Notes: a model not told the origin generated them from the letters alone. DNA of 64,000 bases from an uncultured Thermoleophilia bacterium (GCA_963696935.1 CAVOMB010000041.1:9066-73065); one strand, 5' to 3'; shown: positions 8,045 through 20,085, counted from the first letter of the stretch. Made by a program: numbers and translations.

Positions 8045-9453
8045 CAAACCCCCCACTCGTCGTTCGTGGCCCCGAAGGCCGAACGGGACGTGTCGCCGAG
8101 GGTGGCGGCGAACGCTCCTCGCAGGTCTGCCACGCCGGTAACGCCCCCACCGGCACGGCGCGCATCGGACGAGGGTACGACCACACGGTTGAAGCCTGCG
8201 CGCCTGGCTTCAGCGGTGCGTCGTTCGCTCTGGCTGCAGGATCGAAGTGAGCCGGTCAGGCTGATCTCCCCGAACACCGCCGCTCCGGCGGGAAACGGTG
8301 TGTCGTACTGCGCTGAGGCGATAGCGAGTGCGACCGCGAGGTCCGCCGCGGGCTCGTCGATGCGAATTCCACCTGCAATTGTAACAAAAACGTCGTAGGA
8401 GGACAACTTGACTCCTGCATGCCTCCCGAGGACGGCGACCAGCATTGCCAAACGGTTACGGTCGAAGCCGACGGCGACCCGTCGCGGCATGGCCAGTTCC
8501 GTCTGATGGACGAGCGCCTGGATCTCGACGAGAAAGCAGCGGGTGCCCTCGACGGCGACGTGCACCACGGAGCCGGCGGACGGCGCCGCCTCGCCCAGGA
8601 AGAGGGCGGAGGGGTCGGGCACCGTCTTGAGGCCCGACCCGGTCATCTCGAAGATGCCGAGCTCGTTGGTGGAGCCGAACCGGTTCTTGGCGGCGCGCAG
8701 CGTGCGGTAGAAGCGGTAGCGGTCGCCCTCGAACTGGAGCACGGTGTCGACCATGTGCTCCAGTACCCGGGGGCCGGCGATCGCGCCCTCTTTGGTGACG
8801 TGGCCGACGAGGAAGACGGCGGCGCCGGTGTCCTTGGCCAGGCGGAGGAAGCGACCCGCCGCTTCGCGCACCTGGCTCACGCTGCCCGGCGCCGACGTGA
8901 ACGAGTCGCTGTAGAGCGTCTGCACCGAGTCGACGACCACCAGCGCGGGGCGCGCGGCGGCGACTGACTCGAGCACGGTCTCCAACTCGGTCTCGGCGAG
9001 GACGTCGATGTTGCCCGCGCCCTTGCAGATGCGCTCCGCGCGCATCTTGACCTGCGCCGCCGACTCCTCGCCGCAGACGAGCAGCGCCGGGCGGCCTGCA
9101 GCGACCTTGTCCAGCACCTGAAGGAGCAGGGTGGACTTGCCGATGCCGGGCTCGCCGCCGACGAGGACCAGCGAGCCCGGGACGATGCCGCCGCCGAGCA
9201 CCCGGTCGAGCTCGTCGATGCCGCTCGAGAACCGCTCCGCGGCCGACGACTGCACCTCGGACAGACGCACGGGGCCGGCGGCCGTGTGGCCGCCGGCCCC
9301 GCTGCTGCTCTTGCCGCCGCGGCCCCTGGGGGCCGCCGCGACGCTCTCTTCCACGAACGAGTCCCAAGCGCCGCAGTCCGGGCAGTGGCCGAGCCACTTG
9401 GCCTCTCGGCGGCCGCACTCGCCGCAGACGAAGACGGACTGCGTCTTCGCCAC
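8044..9453 (-). CDS. radA: DNA repair protein RadA
   Basis: 469 aa with a zinc ribbon (FVCGECGRREAKWLGHCPDCGAW), Walker A (GGEPGIGKST), a KNRFG motif and a Lon-like C-terminal domain. Confidence 0.95.
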   Translation of the reverse strand: MAKTQSVFVCGECGRREAKWLGHCPDCGAWDSFVEESVAAAPRGRGGKSSSGAGGHTAAGPVRLSEVQSSAAERFSSGIDELDRVLGGGIVPGSLVLVGGEPGIGKSTLLLQVLDKVAAGRPALLVCGEESAAQVKMRAERICKGAGNIDVLAETELETVLESVAAARPALVVVDSVQTLYSDSFTSAPGSVSQVREAAGRFLRLAKDTGAAVFLVGHVTKEGAIAGPRVLEHMVDTVLQFEGDRYRFYRTLRAAKNRFGSTNELGIFEMTGSGLKTVPDPSALFLGEAAPSAGSVVHVAVEGTRCFLVEIQALVHQTELAMPRRVAVGFDRNRLAMLVAVLGRHAGVKLSSYDVFVTIAGGIRIDEPAADLAVALAIASAQYDTPFPAGAAVFGEISLTGSLRSCSQSERRTAEARRAGFNRVVVPSSDARRAGGGVTGVADLRGAFAATLGDTSRSAFGATNDEWGV

Positions 9454-9500
9454 GGTCAGCGGCCCTCGCGGCCGCCCGCGTGGGACGTCGTCACGACCCC

Positions 9501-12071
9501 TCAGACGCCGGCGGCCGCGCCGCCGGCGTCGGGACCTTCGCCCTCTCCCCCGGACGGCGGGCCCGACGAGCCCACGCCCTGCGAGACCGGCTCGTCGAGG
9601 CCGACCATGGGCAGCTCGACGCTGCCGCCGACCACCTCGCCGTTGACGGTGAGCACCGTGTCTTCGTTCTGGCCGTCGACCAGCACCACGGTGCCCTGGG
9701 GGAACGCCCGCTCGAGCATCGCGTCGCTGAGCTTGTCCTCGATGTACCGCTGGATCGCGCGGCGCAGCGGACGCGCGCCGAGCATGGGGTCGTACCCCTT
9801 CTCGACGAGCACGTCGCGGCCGGCGTCGGTGAGCTCGATGTCGACCCCGCTCACCTTGAGCTGCTGCCGCAGCCGGTCGATCATCAGGTCGACGATCTGG
9901 CCGATCTCCGGGCGCTCCAGCTTGTGGAAGACGATGACCTCATCCACGCGGTTCAGGAACTCGGGCTTGAAGACACGCTTGAGCTCGCCGGTGATGCGGC
10001 CCTTCATGTCGTCGTAGGTCATGCCCTTGTTGGCCGTCTGCGTGAAGCCGAGCGGCGTGTCCTTGGTGATCATCGAGGCGCCGATGTTGCTCGTCATGAT
10101 GAGGATGGCGTTGCGGAAGTCCACGGTGCGGCCCTGCGAGTCTGTGAGCCGGCCGTCCTCCAGGATCTGCAGGAGGATGTTGAACACGTCCGGGTGCGCC
10201 TTCTCGATCTCGTCGAACAGGATGACGCTGTACGGCTTGCGGCGCACGATCTCGGTGAGCTGGCCGCCCTCGTCGTGCCCGACGTAGCCGGGCGGCGAAC
10301 CGACGAGGCGGGACACGGAGTGCTTCTCCATGTACTCGCTCATGTCGATCTGCACGAGGTGGTCCTCGTCGCCGAAGAGGAAGTTCGACAGCGTGCGGGC
10401 GAGCTCCGTCTTCCCCACGCCCGAAGGACCCAGGAAGATGAACGAGCCGGTGGGCCGCCGCGGGTCCTTGAGCCCGGCGCGGCTGCGCCGGATGGCCTTG
10501 CTGACGGCGCGGACCGCCGGATCCTGGCCGACAAGCCTCGTGTGCAGCTCGTCCTCCATGCGGAGGAGCTTCTTGGTCTCGGCCTCGGTGATCTTGACCA
10601 CCGGGATGCCGGTCCACATGCTGACGATCTCGGCGATCTCGTCGTCGCCGATGCTGGCGCGCATGCCCTCGTCGCTGGTCTTCCAGGCGTCCTCGAGCTC
10701 GAGCTTCTTGTGGCTCAGCTTGCGCTCCGTGTCGCGCAGGTTGGCCGCCTTCTCGAACTCCTGCGCCTCGATGGCCGCCTCTTTCTCCTTGCGCACGGAG
10801 GCGATCTCTTCCTCGAACTCGCGGTAACTGGGCGGAGCGGTCATGGTGCGGATGCGCATACGGCTGGCGGCCTCGTCGATGAGGTCGATGGCCTTGTCGG
10901 GCAGGAACCGGTCGCTGATGTAGCGGTCGGCGAGCTCGGCGGCGGAGCTGAGAGCCTCGTCGGTGATGCGGATGCGGTGGTGGGCCTCGTAGCGGTCGCG
11001 GAGCCCCTTGAGGATCTCGACGGTCTCCTCGACCGACGGCTCGGCCACCTTGATCTGCATGAAGCGCCGCTCGAGGGCGGCGTCGCGCTCGAGGTACTTG
11101 CGGTACTCGTCCAGTGTGGTGGCGCCGACGGTCTGCAACTCGCCGCGGGCCAGCGCCGGCTTGAGGATGCTGGCCGCGTCGATGGCGCCCTCGGCGGCGC
11201 CCGCGCCGACGAGGTTGTGGAGCTCGTCGATGAACAGGATGATGTCGCCCGTCTCGCGGATCTCCTTCATGACCTTCTTGAGGCGCTCCTCGAACTCGCC
11301 GCGATACTTGCTGCCGGCGACGAGAGCCGCGAGGTCAAGTGTCCACACCTGCTTGCCCTTGAGCAGTTCTGGGACCTCGTGGTTGGCGATGCGCTGGGCG
11401 AAGCCCTCGACGATGGCCGTCTTGCCGACGCCGGGCTCGCCGATGAGCACGGGGTTGTTCTTGGTGCGCCGGCTGAGGATCTGCATGACCCGCTCGATCT
11501 CGGTCTGGCGGCCGATGCACGGGTCGAGCTTGCCCTCTTCAGCGAGCTTGGTGAGGTTGCGGCCGAACTGGTCGAGCACCTTGGCGGCGCGTTTGCCGCC
11601 CTCGCCGCCGCCGCTGGCCTGCGAGCTGCGGCGGCCGGGGCCGCTGAGTGCGCGCATGACCTCGTTGCGGATCTTCTCGGGCTCGGCGTCCAGGTCGAGC
11701 AGGATGCGCGCGGCCACGCCCTCGTCCTCGCGCACGAGGCCGAGCAGGATATGCTCGGTGCCGATGTAGTTGTGGCCGAGGCTGAGAGCCTCACGGAGCG
11801 CCAGCTCGAGGACCTTCTTGGCGCGCGGGGTGAACGGGATCTGGCCCTGCGGCGACTCCTCGCCGGAGCCGACGATGCGCACGACCGCGGCGCGGACCTC
11901 CTCGACGGACACTTCGAGCCCGTCGAGCACGCGCGCGGCTACGCCCTCCTCCTCGCGGAGCAGGCCGAGCAGCAGGTGCTCGGTGCCGATGTAGTTGTGC
12001 TTGAGGGAACGGGCCTCTTCTTGCGCGAGGACCACGACTTGTCTGGCGCGTTCGGTGAAGCGTTCGAACAT
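9501..12071 (-). CDS. clpC: ATP-dependent Clp protease ATP-binding subunit ClpC
   Basis: 856 aa with a duplicated Clp_N repeat ([15 protein letters not shown] / [15 protein letters not shown]), two AAA+ modules ([18 protein letters not shown]) and a UVR linker. Confidence 0.97.
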   Translation of the reverse strand: MFERFTERARQVVVLAQEEARSLKHNYIGTEHLLLGLLREEEGVAARVLDGLEVSVEEVRAAVVRIVGSGEESPQGQIPFTPRAKKVLELALREALSLGHNYIGTEHILLGLVREDEGVAARILLDLDAEPEKIRNEVMRALSGPGRRSSQASGGGEGGKRAAKVLDQFGRNLTKLAEEGKLDPCIGRQTEIERVMQILSRRTKNNPVLIGEPGVGKTAIVEGFAQRIANHEVPELLKGKQVWTLDLAALVAGSKYRGEFEERLKKVMKEIRETGDIILFIDELHNLVGAGAAEGAIDAASILKPALARGELQTVGATTLDEYRKYLERDAALERRFMQIKVAEPSVEETVEILKGLRDRYEAHHRIRITDEALSSAAELADRYISDRFLPDKAIDLIDEAASRMRIRTMTAPPSYREFEEEIASVRKEKEAAIEAQEFEKAANLRDTERKLSHKKLELEDAWKTSDEGMRASIGDDEIAEIVSMWTGIPVVKITEAETKKLLRMEDELHTRLVGQDPAVRAVSKAIRRSRAGLKDPRRPTGSFIFLGPSGVGKTELARTLSNFLFGDEDHLVQIDMSEYMEKHSVSRLVGSPPGYVGHDEGGQLTEIVRRKPYSVILFDEIEKAHPDVFNILLQILEDGRLTDSQGRTVDFRNAILIMTSNIGASMITKDTPLGFTQTANKGMTYDDMKGRITGELKRVFKPEFLNRVDEVIVFHKLERPEIGQIVDLMIDRLRQQLKVSGVDIELTDAGRDVLVEKGYDPMLGARPLRRAIQRYIEDKLSDAMLERAFPQGTVVLVDGQNEDTVLTVNGEVVGGSVELPMVGLDEPVSQGVGSSGPPSGGEGEGPDAGGAAAGV

Positions 12072-12209
12072 GCGGCCACTCCTTCACGATACGGGTACCG
12101 CTCACGCGCGTCGGGGGGGACGGAGTCGGCAACCGGTGCTTGCTCTTCAGTCTCCGACATACCCGATGACGCCCTGCCGGAGACATGACGTAGGTACATG
12201 GTACCCGAT

Positions 12210-12688
12210 TCACCCGGGGACGCGACCCGCAGCGCACATCACGACGATGACGAGCACGTAGGCGAAGACCGGCGGGCGCTCACCGGCGGACAGGTGCGGC
12301 CGGAGCCAGCAAAGCGTGATCACACCGACGGCGCCGAAGCACAGCTGCGCCGGGAGGAACGCCAGCGGCGGGTGGGCCTACGGTCCAGAAGGCGGCCGTG
12401 CTGGCGACGTGAGCAAGGAGAAAGGCGCCGAGCCCTCCGAAGAACACGCGCTCGGCGCCCGAGAGCAACAGCGCGTCCCCCGCCCAGCTCAGGAGAAGCG
12501 CGGCCCAGGACATGCCTCCCGTAGGTCGTCGTGGTGGCCCCGAGGGAGACTGCGAACAAGACGAAGGCCGAACTCGCGCAGAGCTTGCACACCGCTCTCG
12601 CCCCGCCCGCCTGCCAGTGCTCGGCAAGGAGCGGGCCGCTCACGAAGACGGCACACGCGACCACAGCGAGGGCGGAGACGGTGCCCAT
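12210..12688 (-). pseudogene. YhhN-family (lysoplasmalogenase-like) membrane protein remnant, frameshifted and C-terminally truncated
   Basis: Three frames must be joined: [21 protein letters not shown]...[14 protein letters not shown]; then [41 protein letters not shown] (the YhhN GDxxL...FxxGxxxFxxxH signature); then [49 protein letters not shown]-stop. Confidence 0.5.
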
Positions 12689-12717
12689 CAGCAGGGGCGA
12701 CGCCCAGCGCCGGGCCT

Positions 12718-14215
<1,498 letters not shown>

Positions 14216-14226
14216 GGCGGGGTACG

Positions 14227-14706
14227 TCAGGCCTTGTCGATGTCCAGGATCTTGAACTTCTTGGAACCCTGGGGTACCGCGACGGTGACCTTGTCGCCCG
14301 GCTTGTGACCGATGATGGCACGGCCCACCGGCGACTCGTTGGACAGCTTGTGCGCGCCCGGGTCCGCCTCGGCGGAGCCGACGATGGAGTACTGCACGAT
14401 GTCGCCGCGCTGCATGTCCTGCAGCGTGACCTTGGTGCCGACGCCGACGACGTCGGTCGCGACGCTGTCCGAGTCGATGACGATGGCGCTGCGCAGGCGC
14501 TCCTCGAGCGAGAAGATGCGCGCTTCCAGCATGGCCTGTTCGTTCTTGGCGTCGTCGTACTCGGAGTTCTCCGAGATGTCGCCGAAGTCGCGGGCCGCAC
14601 GGATACGCTCGGCGACCTCGTCGCGCTTGACGGACGAGAGATACTCGACCTCTTCCTTGAGGCGCTGGAAGCCCTCAGGGGTGAGGATGATCTCGCGATC
14701 GACCAC
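14227..14706 (-). CDS. greA: transcription elongation factor GreA
   Basis: 159 aa with a GTG start. [16 protein letters not shown]...[18 protein letters not shown] is the canonical GreA pattern. GAGGGAGGAA RBS. Confidence 0.95.
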   Translation of the reverse strand: MVDREIILTPEGFQRLKEEVEYLSSVKRDEVAERIRAARDFGDISENSEYDDAKNEQAMLEARIFSLEERLRSAIVIDSDSVATDVVGVGTKVTLQDMQRGDIVQYSIVGSAEADPGAHKLSNESPVGRAIIGHKPGDKVTVAVPQGSKKFKILDIDKA

Positions 14707-14773
14707 TGGATTCCTCCCTCTTCAAAGCGGCAACGCGGCCCCGATGTGGAGCCGCGTGCCGAAGTGGCGAGCA

Positions 14774-14802
14774 AGTATAGGGCATGCCCGTAGAATGCGC
14801 AA
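14774..14802 (-). promoter_or_regulatory. putative sigma-70-type promoter for greA-lysS
   Basis: The minus strand reads TTGCGC-17 nt-TATACT about 65 nt upstream of the greA start. The -35 sits in a direct repeat ccgtttgcgc x2, and the spacer contains the palindrome gggcatgccc. Confidence 0.4.
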
Positions 14803-14823
14803 ACGGAGCGCAAACGGTGTGTG

Positions 14824-15792
14824 TCAGAGGCCGAGGAGCGCGCGCAGCGAGGCCTCATCGCGCGCTCGCATCAGCTCCAGTGAGAGCGGCTTGTCGAGAG
14901 CGCCGTGCCGGCGGAACTTCGGCCAGAACTGACGCAGGTGGCCGACGGCGTGGCCGCCGAGCTCGTCGAGCGCCTCCGCCGAGAAGCGGCGGACCTCCTC
15001 GTCCTTGACGGCGGCCGTGGGCTCGGCCGCGCCCAGCACCTGCGCGAACAGCCAGGGCGCGCCCACGGCGCCGCGGGCCAGCATCACCGCCGCGGCGCCG
15101 CCCTCGAGGAGCCTGAGCGCCGCCTCCCGCCCCTCCACGTCGCCGGAGGCGATCACGGGGACGGGGAGCTCGGAGGCCAGAGCGAACGTCACGGCGTGGT
15201 CGGCGAGCCCGCGGTACAACTGCGCGGCCGTGCGCGGGTGGATGCAGACCCCCGCGGCGCCGGCCTCGGCCAGCCGCACCGCCGCCGCCCGCCCGAGCCC
15301 GTCGCCGTCGCGCAGGCCCGAGCGGATCTTGACGGTCACGGGCACGGGCCGTCCCGGCGAAGCCGCCTCGACGGCCCGCACGACGTCGGCGACCATGGCC
15401 GCCGCACGCACGGGGTCGCCCAGCAGTGCCGCACCGGCGCCGGTCTTGACGACCTTGCGCACGGGACACGCCATATTGAGGTCTACCAGGTCGGCGCCGG
15501 CCTCGACGGCGCGCGCGGCAGCGTGGGCGAGCACGTCCGCGTCGGCTCCGAACAGCTGGAACCCCAGCGGGTGCTCGTCCTCTCCGTGCAGAAAGTAGTC
15601 GAGCGTGCGCCGGTTGTCGTAGTACACACCGTAGGCGGAGATCATCTCGGTGAAGACGAGGCCGGCGCCCCAGCGGCGCACGCTGCGCCGAAACGCCGGC
15701 GTGGTGAGCCCGGCCATGGGCGCCATCACCAGGCGGCGGTCGAGTTCGAGCCCGCCGATCGAGAGTGGCCGCAGCAGCGGGTCGCCGGTCAC
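14824..15792 (-). CDS. dus: tRNA-dihydrouridine synthase
   Basis: 322 aa. LVMAPMAGLTTPAFR...DLNMACPVRKV...VTVKIR are Dus family motifs. Confidence 0.9.
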   Translation of the reverse strand: MTGDPLLRPLSIGGLELDRRLVMAPMAGLTTPAFRRSVRRWGAGLVFTEMISAYGVYYDNRRTLDYFLHGEDEHPLGFQLFGADADVLAHAAARAVEAGADLVDLNMACPVRKVVKTGAGAALLGDPVRAAAMVADVVRAVEAASPGRPVPVTVKIRSGLRDGDGLGRAAAVRLAEAGAAGVCIHPRTAAQLYRGLADHAVTFALASELPVPVIASGDVEGREAALRLLEGGAAAVMLARGAVGAPWLFAQVLGAAEPTAAVKDEEVRRFSAEALDELGGHAVGHLRQFWPKFRRHGALDKPLSLELMRARDEASLRALLGL

Positions 15793-15828
15793 GGGTCCGG
15801 GCGTTCCACGCCCGTCACGCCCGCCGGC

Positions 15829-16602
15829 TCAGCTCCGCTGCTGGCGCCGCATCACGATCTCGATGCCGCGCAGCGTGAGGAACTGGTCGACCTTCTCGAT
15901 GACGTCGGTGTGGCGCGCGATCATCTCGGCGAGGCCGCCGGTGGCGACGACGGGGCACTTCTCCCCCAGCTCGCCCCAGATGGCGTGCACCACACCCTCC
16001 ACCTCGCCGGCGAAGCCGTACACGGCGCCGGACTGCAGCGCCTCGATGGTCGACTTGCCGATGGCGTGGTCGGGTTCGATCAGCTCGACCTTGACCAGCT
16101 TGGCCGCGCGCGTGGTGAGCGCCTCCAACGAGACCTCGATGCCGGGGGCGATGGCCCCGCCGAGGTAGTCGCCCTCGGCGGAGATGACGTCAAAGGTGGT
16201 GGCCGTGCCGTAGTCCGCGACGATGCACGGCCCGCCGTACATCTCATAGGCGGCGACAGCGTTGACGATGCGGTCGGCGCCCACCTCGGCCGGGTTACGC
16301 GTCTTGATGCGCATGCCGGTCCGGGCTCCGGGGCCGACGACGAACGCCGCGAACCCGAGGTGCTTCTCGCACATCTCCTCCCACTGCTGCGTGAGTCGTG
16401 GGACCACGGAGGCGACGCCCACCTCGTCGATGACCTCCTTGAGGCGCTCTCCCTTGAGCGAGAACAACCCCTGGAGCATGCCGGCGATCTCGTCGCTGGT
16501 GCGGTGCCGCACGGTCGCCATGCGCCACTCATCGTGGACCTGGCCACCGTCGATGACGCCGATGTGCGTCTGGGTGTTGCCGACGTCGACGACCAGCAGC
16601 AC
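15829..16602 (-). CDS. coaX: type III pantothenate kinase
   Basis: Start set at GTG 16602, giving (M)LLVVDVGNTQTHIG, the canonical CoaX N-terminus, 1 nt after the nadC stop. The 5' extension in the ORF track is Pro/Ser-rich junk. Confidence 0.9.
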   Translation of the reverse strand: MLLVVDVGNTQTHIGVIDGGQVHDEWRMATVRHRTSDEIAGMLQGLFSLKGERLKEVIDEVGVASVVPRLTQQWEEMCEKHLGFAAFVVGPGARTGMRIKTRNPAEVGADRIVNAVAAYEMYGGPCIVADYGTATTFDVISAEGDYLGGAIAPGIEVSLEALTTRAAKLVKVELIEPDHAIGKSTIEALQSGAVYGFAGEVEGVVHAIWGELGEKCPVVATGGLAEMIARHTDVIEKVDQFLTLRGIEIVMRRQQRS

Positions 16603-16603
16603 G

Positions 16604-17443
16604 TCATACCCCCAGGTCGAGGGCGAAGTCGATCCAGGGGGCGCGCGTGGTGAGCGCGCCGGCGGAGATGACGTCCACGCCGGCCTCGGCGAGCTCGCGG
16701 ACGCGCTCGACCCGTACACCGCCGGAGACCTCGACGAGGGCGCGGCCGGCCACACGCTCCACGGCCGCGACCACGGTGGGCGTGTCCATATTGTCGAGCA
16801 GAACGATGGTGGCGCCGGCGGCCAGGGCCTCGTCCAGCTGCTCAAGCGTGTCGACCTCGACCTCGAGTGCGTGCAGGTGCGCCGCGCCGGCGCGCACGCG
16901 CACGATCGCGGCGGCGACGCCGCCGGCCGCCGCCACGTGGTTGTCCTTGACCATCACGCCGTCGAACAGGCCGAAACGGTGCGGCGTGCCGCCGCCGTCA
17001 ACCACGGCCTGCTTCTCGAGGGCGCGCAGGCCCGGCGTGGTCTTGCGCGTCGCGGCGATGCGTGCCCTGGTGCCGACCGTCTCCGCCGCGTAGGTGGCCG
17101 TGAGCGTGGCCACGCCGCTCAGGCGGCAGAGGAAGTTGAGCGCGGTACGTTCGGCGGCGAGGATCGCCGCGAGCGGGCCGCGCAACTCGGCGATGGCATC
17201 TCCGGCCGTGAAGCGCTCGCCGTCGTGGATGAAGACCTCCACGGCGAGCGCCGCATCCACCTGGCGCGCCGTCTCCTCCAACGCGGCGATACCGGAGAGC
17301 ACGCCCGCCTCGCGGGCGACCACGCGAGCAACCCCGTCGCCCTCGAACGCCGAGCCGGTGAGGTCGCCGTACCCGGCGAGGTCCTCACGCAGGGCGCGGC
17401 GTACGGCCACTTTGGCGGCCTCCCGGTAGCTGCGCGCGCTCAT
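16604..17443 (-). CDS. nadC: nicotinate-nucleotide pyrophosphorylase (carboxylating)
   Basis: Start at ATG 17443 (GAAGAGGAGG 4 nt upstream). TRKTTPGLR...DNH...VEVSGG motifs. Confidence 0.93.
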   Translation of the reverse strand: MSARSYREAAKVAVRRALREDLAGYGDLTGSAFEGDGVARVVAREAGVLSGIAALEETARQVDAALAVEVFIHDGERFTAGDAIAELRGPLAAILAAERTALNFLCRLSGVATLTATYAAETVGTRARIAATRKTTPGLRALEKQAVVDGGGTPHRFGLFDGVMVKDNHVAAAGGVAAAIVRVRAGAAHLHALEVEVDTLEQLDEALAAGATIVLLDNMDTPTVVAAVERVAGRALVEVSGGVRVERVRELAEAGVDVISAGALTTRAPWIDFALDLGV

Positions 17444-17492
17444 GACGCCTCCTCTTCCGGCGTACACGAGCGGGCCGTCGTAGGCAGACCGC

Positions 17493-19154
17493 TCATCCGG
17501 CCTCGCCCCGGCCGCGGTGCGGCGTCACCTTGCCGACGCCCTCCGTGCGCTCGTGCTCGGGCAGCCGCAGAGTGATGTGCGTGCGCCAGCGCTCGTCGTC
17601 CAGTTCGGGGAAGTCCTCGCGCAGGTGCACGCCGCGCGACTCCTCGCGCAGCAGCGCGCACTTGGCGATCTGCGTGCCCAGCGTGAGCATGTTGAGCAGT
17701 TCGTACTCGGGCTCGCCCATGTGCGCGAAGCGCAGCTCGGACGTCAGCTCGCCGAGCTCGTCCAGCGCGGCCTGCAGGTCGGCGGCGCGGCGCAGCACGC
17801 CGACCTTCTCCTGCATGACCGTGGTGAGCCGCTCTCGGGCGGCGGCCGCGTCGCTGCCGCGGCCGCTCGCGACCGCCTCCGGGATGTCGAAGCTGAGGCG
17901 GCGCACGTCTTCGCCCAGCCGCCCGATGTAGCGGTCCAGGTCGCGGACGACGCGGTCGCTGAACACGAGGCCCTCGAGCAGCGAGTTGCTGGCCAGCCGG
18001 TTGGCGCCGTGCACGCCGGTACTCGCCACCTCGCCGCTGGCGTACAGGCCGGGTACCGTGGTGCGGCCCCAGACGTCGGTCACCACGCCGCCGACGAAGT
18101 AGTGACACACCGGAGCCACGGGGACGAGCTCCGTCGCCAGGTCCAGTCCGTGCTCGAGCAGGCCCGCGGTCACGCTCGGGAACCTCTCCGCCAGATACAC
18201 CGGCTCGAGGTGCGTCGCGTCGAGGTAGACGTGGTCCGAGTCTTCCTTGCGCATCTCGGCGACCATGCCACGCACGACGATGTCGCGCGAGGCGAGCTCG
18301 CCACGCGGGTCGACGTCGAGCATGAAGCGCTCCCCTGCCTCGTTGCGCAGGTACGCGCCCTCGCCGCGCAGGGCCTCGGTGATGAGCTGCACCGTCTGCT
18401 GCCCCGGCACGGCCAGGCCCGTGGGGTGGAACTGCACGAACTCGAGGTCGCGGATCGCGGCGCCGGCACGATAGGCCATAGCCACGCCGTCGCCGGTGGC
18501 CACGGCGGGGTTTGTCGTGCGCCCATACACCCGCCCGGCGCCGCCGGTGGCGAGCACGGTCACCATGGCGACGTTGAGCGTGAGCCCGCCGTCGGTCAGG
18601 TTGAGGGTGAGCGCGCCCACACAGCGGCCGTCCACGGTGAGCAGGTCGATGACGAACTCGTCCTCGTAGAGCTGCACCCGGCTGCCGACGCGGGCGGCCT
18701 CGGCCAGGGCGCTGGAGACCTCACTGCCGGTGGCGTCGCCGCCGGCGTGCACGATGCGCGGCAGCGAGTGGGCGCCCTCGCGCCCCAGCACGATCTGCCC
18801 GTCGACCTTGTCGAAGCGCGGGCAGATCTCCATGAGCTCGCGCACGCGGTCCGGACCCTCGTTGACCAGGACGCGCACGGCCTCCTCGTCGCAGAGCCCT
18901 GCGCCGGCCAGGAGGGTGTCGTCGAAGTGCAGGTCGGGGGAGTCGCCCTCGCCGATAGCGGCGGCGATGCCGCCCTGGGCGAGGAACGTGGTGGTCTCCT
19001 CGAAGGTGGACTTGGTGAGCAGGCCCACGCGCCAGCGGCGCGCGGCGCCGATGGCCGCGGTGAGGCCGGCGATGCCGCCGCCGAGCACGAGCACGTCGAA
19101 ACTCCGGCGGTGCAGCGGCTCGCCGGAACTGCTGGCAACGTAGGGGCGGGTCAT
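17493..19154 (-). CDS. nadB: L-aspartate oxidase
   Basis: 553 aa. FAD-binding DVLVLGGGIAGLTAA, and HPTG...RGEG succinate-dehydrogenase/fumarate-reductase flavoprotein family motifs. Confidence 0.95.
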   Translation of the reverse strand: MTRPYVASSSGEPLHRRSFDVLVLGGGIAGLTAAIGAARRWRVGLLTKSTFEETTTFLAQGGIAAAIGEGDSPDLHFDDTLLAGAGLCDEEAVRVLVNEGPDRVRELMEICPRFDKVDGQIVLGREGAHSLPRIVHAGGDATGSEVSSALAEAARVGSRVQLYEDEFVIDLLTVDGRCVGALTLNLTDGGLTLNVAMVTVLATGGAGRVYGRTTNPAVATGDGVAMAYRAGAAIRDLEFVQFHPTGLAVPGQQTVQLITEALRGEGAYLRNEAGERFMLDVDPRGELASRDIVVRGMVAEMRKEDSDHVYLDATHLEPVYLAERFPSVTAGLLEHGLDLATELVPVAPVCHYFVGGVVTDVWGRTTVPGLYASGEVASTGVHGANRLASNSLLEGLVFSDRVVRDLDRYIGRLGEDVRRLSFDIPEAVASGRGSDAAAARERLTTVMQEKVGVLRRAADLQAALDELGELTSELRFAHMGEPEYELLNMLTLGTQIAKCALLREESRGVHLREDFPELDDERWRTHITLRLPEHERTEGVGKVTPHRGRGEAG

Positions 19155-19192
19155 AGGACGCGCCTCAGCGCCGGCTCATCATCGGTCACCGC

Positions 19193-19690
19193 TCATCCTT
19201 CCGTGGCGTCGTACAGCCTCACCCGCTGGGTACGGGAGGTCGCCTCGCCCAGCCCGGCGACGTCGATGTCCGTCATGCCCTCGGCGTGTTCCCAGATCTC
19301 CGCCAGCGGCACGAGCACGAAGGCCCGCTTGACCATGCGCGGATGCGGGAGCGTGAGCGCGGGGTCGTCGGACTCGGCATCTTGGAAGAGCAGTATATCG
19401 ATGTCGAGCGTGCGTGGCCCGAAGCGCAGCTCGCGGGTGCGTCCGTGCTCGCGTTCGATGCGCTGGCACTCGTGCAGCAGGTCCAGCGGCTGGAGGCCGG
19501 TGTCCAGGCACGCGACCTGGTTGAGGAACGCCTCCTGGTCGGGAAGCTCCTGCGGCGCCGTCTCGTAGATGCGGGAGACGGCGACGACGGTGGTGCCGGG
19601 CAGCGCCGAGAGCGCTTCGCGCGCGGCGCGCAGGTAGCCCACCCGGTCGCCGAGGTTCGAGCCGAGCGAGACGAACACGCGCTTGCTCAC
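19193..19690 (-). CDS. folK: 2-amino-4-hydroxy-6-hydroxymethyldihydropteridine diphosphokinase
   Basis: 165 aa, with GTG overlapping the folB stop. SLGSNLGDR...RFGPRTLDIDILL...LPHPRM. Confidence 0.93.
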   Translation of the reverse strand: MSKRVFVSLGSNLGDRVGYLRAAREALSALPGTTVVAVSRIYETAPQELPDQEAFLNQVACLDTGLQPLDLLHECQRIEREHGRTRELRFGPRTLDIDILLFQDAESDDPALTLPHPRMVKRAFVLVPLAEIWEHAEGMTDIDVAGLGEATSRTQRVRLYDATEG

Positions 19691-20052
19691 GAGGTGCGCA
19701 CCACTTCGACCCGCGCCGCATGCACCGGCAGCGAGACCGGCGGCGCGATCTTGCTCACGGCCACCTCGACCAGCACCGGGTCAAACTCGTCCCAGAGCCC
19801 GTCGCAGAGCACCGTGGCGAGGCGCTCGAGCAGATGGAACTCACTGCCCTCGACGACGCCGCGCACGTAGTTCACGATCTTGCTGTAGTTGACGGTGTCG
19901 TCCAGGTCGTCGCTCTGGCCGGCGCCGCGCGGCTGCGGGTCCAGGCGCACGTCGATCGACAGCGTCTGACCTATGGCACGCTCCTCGGCGGTCACTCCGC
20001 AGCGCCCGCGCAGCTCTATCCCGTTGAGGATGATGGAAAGGGTCCGCGTCAT
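19687..20052 (-). CDS. folB: dihydroneopterin aldolase
   Basis: 121 aa. GVTAEERAIGQTLSIDV...DDLDDTVNYSKI is the typical FolB pattern. Confidence 0.9.
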   Translation of the reverse strand: MTRTLSIILNGIELRGRCGVTAEERAIGQTLSIDVRLDPQPRGAGQSDDLDDTVNYSKIVNYVRGVVEGSEFHLLERLATVLCDGLWDEFDPVLVEVAVSKIAPPVSLPVHAARVEVVRTS

Positions 20053-20085
20053 CTGGGGCCTCCTTGCCCTCGGCCGCCGTCCCCG

